DNA of 63,379 bases, filler included, from Choristocarpus tenellus KU-1152 (taxonomy: Eukaryota; Protista; Phaeophyceae): assembly GCA_964200185.2 (NCBI GenBank). It is 13 parts of 13 records of this genome, joined end to end, with 100 filler letters (N's around TTAATTAATTAA, not from the genome) between each part and the next. Parts side by side here need not be neighbours in the genome. Positions count along the whole stretch, not along the records: positions 24,486 to 27,924 come from CAXNAD020020023.1; positions 28,025 to 31,135 come from CAXNAD020022252.1; positions 31,236 to 36,604 come from CAXNAD020011009.1; positions 36,705 to 41,615 come from CAXNAD020012564.1; 9 more parts are not named here. One strand, given 5' to 3'. Each line of letters begins with the position of its first letter. Positions within the stretch are counted from its first letter, which is position 1. The notes beneath the pieces were generated by a model, which did not search any database, had not been told where the DNA came from, and saw nothing but the letters and a program-made list of their open reading frames with translations. Position numbers and translations under genes: made by a program. This document shows positions 25,380 through 37,364 of this stretch, piece by piece.

Positions 25380-27924
25380 GGAAAGCCACAGGCAATACGT
25401 CCGCCTGGGATGGCACCCGGGACATTTCCACCACCTCCAACTCGTGGGAGTAGCAACAAAGTCGACGGAAACCAAGCGCGCTCCTTCTCCAGTTTCAAAG
25501 TGACAGCAGACGAGGAATTTAACAAAGGTACGGTGTTCAACTCCTCCAGTGGAAGACAAGTCGAGATATTATGTGACTCTGGAGCAAACGTACATCTTAC
25601 ACCTGATCATGAAGATGTCAGAAGTATTCGGGGCACCAAACGGACATGCACCTTCGGAAACAATGGGAAATTTGAAGCGAAGGAAATCGGGGATATTGTT
25701 CTAATGGTGACGGACAAGGACGGCAAACCAACAAGAGTGGTTCTGAAAGATGTTCTATGGGTCCCAGGTACCATGCCGCATATTGAGCACTGGAAGTATA
25801 CGACGGAATGGAGGAGAATTTATGGATTCAGGAACAAAGGAAAGTTATCTGAGGGCCTCCAAGAATTCGCCCAAGATAAACCTACAAAAATTGGGGGGGT
25901 CGTAAACTTAACTGGAACCATAATCAACATGGAACAAGAATCGAAAGTCAGCGCTGCACGAGCCAACCAAAAGCAGAGGCTAACATTGAAGGATTGGCAT
26001 TAGCGTAACCTATTAGGTCGCATCAACCCTTCAGCTATCAAGCACTACGAGAAGCGTGGACTGTTGGAGATCACCGATGCTACTGTAGCGCCAGAACTGC
26101 AATGCGAGACCTGCAAGGATTGCAAGTCCGAGGCCCTAAGTTATCAACGGGGTGGCAGGACCTCCAAGCAGCCCGGTGAGGTTGTCCACACATCTTTGGC
26201 GGGAACTTTTAAAGCANNNNNNNNNNGAGACAAGAGGGTTTATGGATTGAAGACAAAAAACGCAGCGACGGACGCAACCGCTGCTTATATCGACCAGATG
26301 GCCAGGGAAGGTATACCAGTCAAATACATCAGTGGGGATGGTGCTGGCGAGCTTGGGAGATCGGTGAAGTTCCAAAGGATGCTGGTGAACAACGGTACCC
26401 GATGGAGGAAATCTCCACCGAGAACGCCACAAAGCAATGGAATCGCCGAAAGGGCGATAAAGCAACTCATGGGGGCAGCAAGGAGTCAACTGGTAAAAGC
26501 TGGGCTGGGCGACAAGGAGTATTGGTTCTTTGCCATCACGGACGTCGCCTTCAAGACTGGAGGCATGCCACATGAATACCTCGGAAGAGAGACGCCATGC
26601 GAGCGTCTAACAGGAAAATCGTTCAACTACGATAGACTTCGGGCCTGGGGGAGCGAGTGCTATGTTCATCAGGACAAGCAACAGAGAGGGGCCAGCGCAG
26701 AGTTCCACCCATGCGCCAAGAGAGGTAAAATAATGGGACACGATCGCACATCGTTATGCTGGCACATCTGGCTTCCTCAAGAGGCCAAGTTGGTAACCTC
26801 AGCCCAAGTGACGTTCGAGCCAGACAAACACATCATGGAGAGAAAGACCATGACTTCGACGGATGATCTGAGAGTGAAGACGACTCTGATCGGGATTCCG
26901 ATATAGCAGTCGATCCGATTCCCCTTTGTTCACCTAATGGACAACGGAGGTCAGCTAGGATAGCTGAACAACCCAGGGTCGACTACAGGGGTTAACAATC
27001 TGAAGATATACAGAAGAACTGGGAGAGAATATAGTGAACCTGCTAAGATCAAGCACAGATGATGCCTATTGTTTGATGGGCATGGCAGTTGACATCTCAA
27101 TAGGCCACCAGGAGCCATCAACCATCGCAGAAGCCCTCGCAGGACATGTTGCAGAACACTGGAAGAAGGCAATGGAACAAGAAAAGGAGGGCCAACAAAC
27201 CAAAGGAACCTTCCGTGAGGGAGAAAGTCTGCCACCAGGGAGGAGACCAGTCAAAACCAGATTTATATTCAAAATAAAAAGGACTGCACATGGAGACATC
27301 GAGAGATACAAGGCCAGCCTGGTGGCACGGGACTTTTCCCAACAAGAAGGGGTGGACTACTTCACACGTTTAGTCCAGTGGTGGGATTTGACATGATTCG
27401 AGCAGTCCTGGCTGCAGCAGCTAACAGAAACTGGATCATCAACTCCCTAGACTTCACTCAAGTCTACCTGAACGCACCATTTCATGAAGATGTATGGCTA
27501 CAATTGCCCAATGGATCCATCGTAAAAGCTGCCAGGGCCATCTATGGCCTTAAGCAATCAGCAATGGAGTGGTACAAGGAGCTAAAGGGAACAAATTTAG
27601 CTGAGTGGTGGAGTGAGTGTTGCTGAGGGGTGGAGTGTTAGCGACTTTGATGCCTGCTTTTATGTCAAGAGGAGTGAAGATGGAAGGGTCGCTGTTCTTT
27701 TTCACTACGTGGATGACATCACATTGACTGGAAACTACCACGAAGAAATAACAAGGATAAAGAACAATCTGCTTACCAAGTACGAAGGACGGGACCTCGG
27801 GACCCCAGACAAGCTAGTTGGGGTGGTAATCACCAGGGATGAGGCTGGCATCACACTAGACCAGCATTTCTATGCAGAGAGCATTGTTCGAGAAGGAATG
27901 GGATCTGCAGAAGTAAGGAATACC
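25380..27924 (+). mobile_element. Second Ty1/Copia element, pol region (protease-integrase-RT), frameshifted and truncated
   Basis: ILCDSGANVHLT (protease); WH...H..CETC zinc finger and TPQSNGIAER (integrase); RYKASLVARDFSQQEGVDY, AIYGLKQS and YVDD (RT), in Copia domain order. Confidence 0.95.
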
Positions 27925-28215
27925 NNNNNNNNNNNNNNNNNNNNNNNNNNNNNNNNNNNNNNNNNNNNTTAATTAATTAANNNNNNNNNNNNNNNNNNNN
28001 NNNNNNNNNNNNNNNNNNNNNNNNCCCTCCCCCACCCACCCATCCAGGTCAGGTAGTCGCCTCCCACCCTTGCTTTTGCAGGTATGCTGACCAAAGGGGG
28101 ATTCCTATGATAAGATTATCCAGCAACTAACCACAAAATTACAACACAATGTATTGCAGAGTAATTTAGTTCTACACGACGCTTCACTGCTTGCAGTTAC
28201 ATGAGACTCTTCCTA

Positions 28216-31055
28216 TCACATGTCATCCTCATCCGCCTGTTGTCCCCTAGGCTTCGGCCCCCCCGCTGGTTTGGACATGATGATCTGGTCAACCTACAAA
28301 GAAAAAAAGGGACATGCAAACAATAAATTGGCATTGAAGACTTTGTTGTGCTTTGCACGAGCTTTCGGTAACAACAGTGAGGGAACCACTGATGGCGTGA
28401 TGGCACAGCTTTAGGGATAGAAGTAAATGAGTACAAAATACTACCAAGAGTCTAATACAGGGGGGTTATAGGACCCTACAAGCTTGATCTTATTAGGGTC
28501 CCATCACTCCAAACCAATCCCGCCATTCACCTTCACCATCCCATTCCTAAACAAAAATCGTAGGGGGGTACTCCACCCTTGCTCTCCTACCCTCCTCCCT
28601 TCACTGCAACTATGCACAATTCCTCTCCCTCCTCTCACCCTCAGGACAGTGACTGCAGCATCAACAGCCAGGCGCAGAGCAGACTCCTTTGTGGACATGA
28701 GGTCAACCACTCCCTCCCCCGACTGATTAATGACCCCATCTCCATCGACATCCACCCCCATGCCCACGTTTCCCTTCGAGTGAGCCATGCGCAATGCAGC
28801 TAGGACCTGATAAACCAAATGGGTCACACAAACACAGCACAAGACCACAAAACATTCAGGACAACAGGGTTGGATAAGGGAGGGTTGTTCAGGCTATGTG
28901 CTGGGCGGTCCACGATACCCAACAAAGGTGTGATCTACAGGAGTGTGAGGCACTGAAGTGCTCACACAAGCCTCAAACATACAATGAAATCCACAAACGC
29001 TCACTCAGACTCTTGCATTCTACATTGAATATTGCGTTGATAAATTCCTAAGGGACACATCTATCATCCCTTTTTCTTCTCTGTCCACAAATAAAGCACT
29101 CTAGTGCAGTTGAAGAACAATAGGCACTACAGTATTCCACACAACTATAAACATACAGCGTGAGGATCTACTTTGCATCTTGTTGACCATCCATGCTTCA
29201 AAAGCAGGCATATGTTTACACTGTACTACACAGCTACATTAATTGTCTCTACTGCACCTTTTCTGGGTCCTGGCCAGCTGTCTCAGACAGGATACGTGGC
29301 ACAACCTCCAATGCCTCCGCAAACTTCTTGATGGCATATTGATCCAGCCCGGTCTATAGAAAAAAAAGAAAAAAATAAGGTGTGGGCACATGATGAGTAG
29401 ATAGCAATAATTCCACGATGCTTTCATTTAACAGTGCGTTGGGTAGAGTGATGCAAGTCAAACGGATTCATCTTTGCAGCACAGATTCACTCCTACGTCA
29501 GCATCATCCACTACACATTGAACTTTCAGCACTTAGTCTCTGATGATAGATCAATATGAGCCTTTCCCCTCAACACCAATGCGTACCACAGAGGGACTCG
29601 AGCATGACTATTGTTTCTAGCTTTGTAATACTAGCTGAAAGTAGAAGGCAAAAAGACACAACTAAACTGTTCATTCCGCTTAGTCATCAACAGCACAATG
29701 GCAAATACCATCTCAACAAAAACAAATCACACACATGTATTTACACATGCACTCAATACCCACCCATCCTCTCTTATCCTTACTGCGTACCTGCTTCTCT
29801 CCAAACTTGAAGACCTGGTTGGACAGTTCCATCTCTGTTGCACCTCCCCCTGGCAAAAATCGTGAATCCCGGCAGAGACCCCTTACACAGCTCACACTGT
29901 CATCCACCGCACGCTCCAGGTCATTGAGCAGGGAGTCCGTGCTGAATTTTTCCAACGCAAAGAGAACAAAAGCAGGTCAACGATAGTTACATCAAAGACA
30001 GTACCTTTTATGGACACATGCAAGCCATGTTCAAGCTCAATTATGGACAACCGGGAGAGGATGTGAGTGGATTACTGGAGGGGACAGGATGTTCCAGTCC
30101 CTTGAATAAATCAGATGTAAGGACTTGGGCATTAAAAAAACCAAGACTACATAGTGCCAAGTGTTTTTTGGCACACCTCTCACAGATTGTGGCAGTTCCG
30201 GAATTCTATGAGCTACATTATGGGGGTTGGGTGGGAAAGTATGACAGTGTGAGCTAACTATATAGTAAAAAACTGAAATGATTGTCTCGAGACCTTCCCA
30301 ACCATTTGCTCACATTCAGTCATCACATGACTCAACACCTGGAGAATACTAAGCAGAGGACAGGCACAGTTCATGATGAGGCAAAAGTTGACTGAAGTCG
30401 GCATGCACAAAGGTAGAGCTCACCATCCTATAGTACCTGTAGTCGTCTACACCAGCAAACAAAACCTCCTTCCAAGGGGGAATCCATTCACAAGCTCACA
30501 CACCCGATACCAGACAGGACGACAACAGCTGCAGCAACAAAACTTGAAACAAATCTACCATCCCCGTTGCCATTATCCCCCCTCCCTTGCCGCTCGGAAG
30601 TCATCCGTAACAATGACACTTCCTCAAACCCACATCCACCCCTCTCCCTGCACCATATCAGTAAGACCATCTCGACAGAAAAATGCATACAAATCATCAC
30701 AAACAACCAAGGTGGAACGTAAACACGATGCAACACGTCTTGTTCAAGACAGTTGTTACGTTCACCCTCTGTCATCGCCTCCATTAATGCAAAACTATCC
30801 TCACCTTGCACGGAGTACAATGGTGGCAATACGAGCATCAGTGTCATCCTGGCTGAACACTGTGATCTTTCTTAGGCCCACCTCACGCACCTCCACCAGA
30901 GCACAGGAGCCCATCTCGTCAGGGGTCGGGGGGCCCATACGGACCATGGCTGTTGCATGGACTGCATTACACAGGCGGCGAAGCTCCCACTTACTCTGCA
31001 CCTTGACAATCATCATTTCATACTTCTCAACAAAGTGCATTGCCATGTCGCTTAC
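28216..31055 (-). CDS. CCT8: T-complex protein 1 subunit theta, 3' part (exons 30805-31055, 29791-29941, 29258-29353, 28639-28806, 28216-28293)
   Basis: Phase-consistent splicing gives VSDMAMHFVEKY..VQSKWELRRLC...GPPTPDEMG...IATIVLRASTDSLLNDLERAVDD...LPGGGATE...GLDQYAIKKFAEALEVVPR...VTVLRVDQIIMSKPAGGPKP...*, the diagnostic CCT8 motifs. Confidence 0.96.
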
Positions 31056-31379
31056 CTGCCACAACCGATGAGGGGTGGGAAAAGCATGGTTGAAATTCCA
31101 CCAGCATTGCCGGGGGAAGGATCAAACATGGTTGGNNNNNNNNNNNNNNNNNNNNNNNNNNNNNNNNNNNNNNNNNNNNTTAATTAATTAANNNNNNNNN
31201 NNNNNNNNNNNNNNNNNNNNNNNNNNNNNNNNNNNAAAAAAATCCATGGGAAGCCAAGCCCCACAAATGGACAAACAGGGAAAAATTCGTACCCTCTAAG
31301 ATAGTTTCACTTCAATCAAATATTGAAACTTTTCATCGATCAGAGTTGGGATTAACCGAAGGTGTAGTGTTGGAATTGG

Positions 31380-34300
31380 TTGTATCCAGAAAGTTGTTGA
31401 CGATATACAGTAACCGTTTCTGCACAACATCAGGGCAAATCACGTAGACCATAGAATACATCAGAGCCACGATCATAACCTTTAAGGCGTAAGGCGTGAT
31501 CTATATTCTATGTTCACGGATGAACGAGGTCCACAGCCAAACTTCTGTCTCACAATAACTTCAATAAAATAAGGACCAATGGTTACCGAGGATTCCAAAT
31601 CATCAAGATCCTGTAAAGGTAAATTATGGCCAAGGACAAATTCGTTGAGGTTAATAAATCAGGTTCGGGTGGTTGTGTGTCGGAATGTAAGGTTCAAGTA
31701 GACCAAGTGAACAGAAATATCTTTGATGTTACCTTGCCTTTGGACACAGTAAACTATGGGGGAAATCTTGGCAGTCACTGTGAAAGGTCCACGCCAAGGG
31801 TGAATCAATTTCGAATAGGTCCATCACGGTCAGTGTGTGGACGATCTACCAAAACTTGACCTCCAACTTGAATCATGGGGAAGCAAGAGTTCCATTGTTA
31901 GCCATTCATTTGGTGTTCCGTTCTCCCAGATTGCGACAGGCTAAATCAAAAGTTAACTGTAAATTATTGAGAGTAAACTCTTGACTAGATTGGGTAAGAG
32001 TTTTGGATAATAGCCCAAAAATGACATCTATCGGTAAAATTGGGTGGAGTCCAAAAAGCAAGGAGAAAGGTGTCTCTTGTAATGTAAATTATTGAGAGTA
32101 AACTCTTGACTAGATTGGGTAAGAATTTTGGATAATAGCCCAAAAATGACATCTATCGGTAAAATTGGGTGGAGTCCAAAAAGCAAGGAGAAAGGTGTCT
32201 CTTGTAATGTGGTATTTATTGTATGTCGTATTGTGAGTTAATTGAAGGATGGAACAACAGTCGCCAAATTATTCTCTCCTATATGCTACTGTAGACGGAT
32301 AATATTTGCTGTAGATTAGAATGGACGCATTCTAATAAAACAGAGTTATCCTGTAGTTTGTAGGGTGTAGTACGAGTTTTTTGGTACCCAAACATTGTAA
32401 TTCCAGAACAAGTTCATGTTCAAATTCTGAACCTTGGTCAGAGTGAAGAATTTCAGGTACCCCAAATATTGAAAATATTATTTCATAGAAAGGTTTGGTA
32501 ATGGTCACTTCTTATTTGTCTGGAATGGAAACGAGAAAAGCAAAGCGTCTCAATTGACAGGTAGTCAAAAGAACATACCGACATCCACGAGGAATGGTCT
32601 TATACCGTACAAGATCAACAGCAATCCGTTCAAATGGTTGAGTAGCAGGAATTTTGTCGTCGAGGCAGTGTAGGACGTCTGTGAGAGGTTTTTCGTCGTT
32701 GGCAAAGTTGACATACATCTCTCACACCATTCTCTAACATTTTTTTTAAACATGGACCACCAATACCAGTCTCGTACCTTGTCAAGGGTATGAGAAAGAC
32801 CGCAGTGACCACTTGAAACGGGATGATCATGACAAGCATGAAAGATCAGAAATTGCAATTCTTTTGGAACCATTGATTGACAGCGAGGTGTCGGTCGAAT
32901 CATCTGACTCTTTTTGCGCAAGAAAACCTCCGCTGCCCAAGTTTGAAGCATCCACATGTACCACAAAAGATTATGAAAAATTAGGATAGTGGAAGAGATG
33001 GGCTGAGGTTAACATACCGTTTTAATTTTACCAAATGCGGTATCGTGGATTGATGCCCATGCTGTTCTTAGTTCGCCAGAAGGATGTACTAAGAATTCTT
33101 CACATTTGATTTCTAGGAGGGGTTCTGTCAATTCTATGTAATGTGGGATAAACTTGCGACAAAAATTGCACATACCAAGGATAGAACGAAAATCTTTGAT
33201 TGTTTGGGGTGTGGGTAGGTCAACAATGGCTTGAATGCGAGCCTTTCCAAGGCGTACTCCTGCACTAGAAACATTTTGTCCAAGGTATCCAACTTCTGCT
33301 GGGCTAAACTTGAGTTTAGAAGGCTTTAAAGTAAGGCCAGCATTTTGAAGGGCAATAAAAAGCTATTCAAGCAAAACTATGTGATGAAGTGGTAGAACAA
33401 ATAATGACATCATCCATATAACAATGCAGACCTGAACCCGTGCTAAAATCAGATAGAGCTCGAGCCATCATGCGTTAAAAAAAGGGGGGGGGGTATTGCT
33501 CAGACCAAATGGAAGTGGTTCCCATACAAACTTGACTTTATGGGTGACAAAAGCAGTCTTGTCAATATCTGCTTCCGCCACAGGAATTTGATGATATGCT
33601 GATCATACATCTGCAACAGAAAGAAACTATGCTGCACCAATGTAATTGAGATGTTCTTCAGTTAAAGGCATGGGCCAAGAACGTTTGATTTGGTATTTAT
33701 TTATGGTCCTTCGATATTAAATGCAGAATTTGGGGGTCCCATCTGTTTTGGCTACAACAGTAACAGGGGATCCCCGTGGGCTAGAATGAGCTTCAATTAG
33801 TCCTCGATTTTGTAAATCTTCAACAAAGTATCAATATTACCTCTAACGTGTGGATTGGTTCGATATGGTGGCCGGCTAAAAGGTCTGGTACCTGGTTCGA
33901 GAGGAAAATCGACTTCAGCAATCGTGCAAGTTTCCAATTCAGATGTTTTGAGGGAAAATACTGGACGGAATCTGGCACAAAGATCGAGTGTTTCGTATAT
34001 TTGAGGTTAAGAGAAAGTTGTGTTGACGAAAGCAGGTTTCAAAACATTTTCAAGACGAGTTCGTTCAGATAGGGGTACAGATGTTGAAGATACAGTACTA
34101 ATGTGAGAGCGTCTGGTTGTTGACTATCTACTGGGTAGATGTGACCGAGTAGAGTATCCTTTGGCAAATGAGCTGTTCGTGCAGACATATTAGCAATTTG
34201 TACTACCCCTGAACTATTATCAGCATCCCACGTTTAACTGTTTGAGCAATAGCAATAAGTTGCCAAAGATCCTTGGCATATAGTGAATCAATATAATGAA

Positions 34301-36320
34301 ATAAACAGATACGTGGTTCTAGAACAGCATCACAAGTATCAGATGGAGTTTCATCACTTATAGCAGGTACAAGCATTTCTAGTTCTGGGGGAATGGAATT
34401 TCTTGTCCCTCAGAAATGGGACATATTGAACTTTGGCTTGTATAGGTGCTATTTGAAAAGGAGATGAACTATCAGAAGAAGGGGTAGTACGACGTATGGC
34501 AGGTATAACAGTTTTGTTTTTTGGGAATGACAACATTTGAGTCTGCCAGTCATATGTTGCTCCAAAAGCATTAAGAACACTGTTGTCAAGAAGAACATAA
34601 TCAGGTCCAAAGGTGGGCAACACCAAAGCTGCAACTGGGATAGTGATACCACCAAATAGGAGAGAAAAACTGATAAACCCCACGATGGTCAGAGCACTGC
34701 CATCTGCAGAACAAAGCTTGATTGTACCCGGTGGAATCGGTTCTATGTGGGAATCTGGAGCATAGAGTGGGTACGTAAAAATTTGTGAGAAATACATGGT
34801 ATGTCACTTGCAGTGTCCAAAGTTAGTGTGACCAGAGCAAAAATATTTTTTCCTTCAACACGAATACGTTTTGATCATCATTTGATACACAAAGGAAGGA
34901 ATACATAATGGGATAATGCACAGGTGTACCATGTGGAAGTACTATTATTATTTGGGTTTTGATCTACTCTAAAGGAAAAATTGACCGTGAAACATGTTTA
35001 TTCTGGATATGTTCAGGAATAAACTGTGCTTGTGGTGAAAATGGTACTGAAAACAACCCATGTTTAGTTCGCCCTACGACCCCATCGACTCTTTGACGAG
35101 ACTCAACTTTATACCCAATCACAGTGGTTACTGTGGTATGGGTCCTATCAATTCTTACCAGAATTTTTAGCCCTTGCTTCATCTATCTTTTTTCCTCCTC
35201 GGAAATACGTTCTGGTGCCTTTGGCATTTCTATGTAATCCCTACACCACACCCATTCGCATTTTTTGTATTTTTTCTTCAAATTTGTTTTCGCAGGTAGT
35301 ATTGTTACAGGCGAATAGCGTGAGCATTTCTTTCAACGTGCCAAATGCGCGAACAGCATACATACGTAAGAATTAATGTAAGAGGAACTTTGAATTGATA
35401 GAAGATGCAGAGTAAGATTTGAAATGCAAACATAAACTTACAGAATAGATGTCAATTCCTGAAAGTTGTAGAATAAAGATTTATGATTGAAGTATCTACA
35501 TAGCAGTTTGCAGACTTCATTTAACTCTTTGGCTGTAGAAAAATGGTGAATGATGTTAATAAAAGGCTGCGTGCGGATGACCACACCCTCAGTTCTTGAT
35601 CCTTAACCTCTTTTGATAAAGCGAAAAGCGCGACATTGACTGAGCTAACCATCAACTGACACCGCGTAGCGTTGTTTTAAGGTCGTTGGATTTGAGTTGC
35701 ATATATATCCTGTGGAGGTGAGTTCTGAGGGGCACGCTGTAACAGTATGGGGTTAGAAGAACGTTCTTCAGGATGACGCTTGACTTCTTTTTGCCAGCCA
35801 CGTGAAGGGGGCGTTGAATGAGCGTGATTGTTGCCCGAGTGAATAATGACGTGTCTGTTTTTCAAACTTAACGTTCAAGCCATTTATTCGTGACTTGAAG
35901 CACCGCAATCCTTCCTGAGGGAAACGCAGGGTGCGCAGAGTGACTGGGGGAAATTGCAGAAACAGCAGTAGGAACAGTAAGTGAAATCGAAGGGACAGGG
36001 GCAAGTGCATGGGCATATCTTTTCCCTGTTAGATTGTTGGATTCATGACGCTAAGCACGATTAATAGTTTCAGATAATGTAGAAGCAAATACTTCATTGA
36101 ACTATTTTAGCTGAAGGTGGGGTTGTAATCCACCTTCAAAGAGGGCAATAGCAATTTTTTTCAATATATTTACAGTCACTAGAATCTGTAGATGAACGGT
36201 CAACAGGTGTAGAAAATATACCAAGAAGGTGTCCAAAACGTAGGGCTTATGCTTCGAGGGCTTCATCGGATTTTTGGGAAATATTAGCCCACTGTCTGCC
36301 CCAGTCTCCCATCGCATTTG
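31380..36320 (-). mobile_element. Degenerate Ty3/Gypsy retrotransposon with C-terminal chromodomain (chromovirus-like)
   Basis: In order on the minus strand: gag-like (~36100-36320); protease LDTASD (~34805-34825); RT (SP..VVAKTDG..KFC, YHQI..AEADIDKTAF, PFGL, YMDD, ~33400-33790); RNase H start VDAS (~32945); integrase HHCC finger and HSDQGSEF; chromodomain YFIEVIV..EYR.RL..KGY...D (~31400-31575). Many stops and frameshifts. Confidence 0.92.
31958..32210. repeat. 125-bp tandem duplication inside the Gypsy integrase region
   Basis: Units start at 31958 and 32083 and differ at one visible base (GAGTTTT vs GAATTTT). Confidence 0.9.
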
Positions 36321-37364
36321 CGTGACTAAGTATGTTGATAAAGACCGTATATAATTGATCTATGGTTTAGGAGGATCAACAGTAATACGATCGGTGGAAT
36401 TATTCTGCATTTTAATATGTAGCACGCAATTTACCAGGGGAACGCCATTCAACTTTGCCTTCCATACTCTAAAAATATAGTATACTGGCATTTGAATCTA
36501 AAATCAGAGGCAAATAGGTCATACAAGCCCGACCAATGGTCGATGGATCACGTTGTGAATCGGGTCAAAGTATCTGGGGGGGGGTGTCGGCGTCCGTTTT
36601 TCACNNNNNNNNNNNNNNNNNNNNNNNNNNNNNNNNNNNNNNNNNNNNTTAATTAATTAANNNNNNNNNNNNNNNNNNNNNNNNNNNNNNNNNNNNNNNN
36701 NNNNCCCCCCCCCCCAGCTACTTTGGGTCATGTTACACTTTAAGCATCCTGATAAAAGGCAAAAAATTGCCATTTTGTATCATGGAAGAAAGAACCTCTG
36801 CTTGATTGTGATGTCACTTTGATTATATAAAGAGGGAAAACCAATTTTGCATACACTATTGTGCACGTAAAGCATTGAATTAGAGCATGTTGCACAGGGT
36901 GAGAAAGATGGCTTGGAATGCGAAAAAGGTTAAAACCTGCCTACCTCTCAATTGGTTTGGCCCTTGGTTATATTTTCACTCCTATGGGAAAAAGGTTAGG
37001 ATTAGGGTTAGGGGTTTTCATAGGAAGTGTCTTGAAGTCACTGGAGTACCCATGATGTGTGCAGTTTTCGCCTATTGGTTCGGCATCCTCGAGAACACAT
37101 ATAACTGGCAGTTCGTGTATTCAATATGGGAAAGCCAAACAAGTGCAGTTCACTATACAGGAGCACAGCATTGAAATAGACGACATGTATGCAACAGTGC
37201 ATGGTTTCTCCTGCAAAAAAAGAAGTTATGGATAAACAAGGACCAGACTTTAGTAGATCCACTTTAATAACAGTACAGCTAGTCCATTTTAGGCCCTCTC
37301 CCTCCGAAGAAGGTTGTAGTACATACCTAAATATACGCCCCAGATTGTTACACTGATAACTCAC

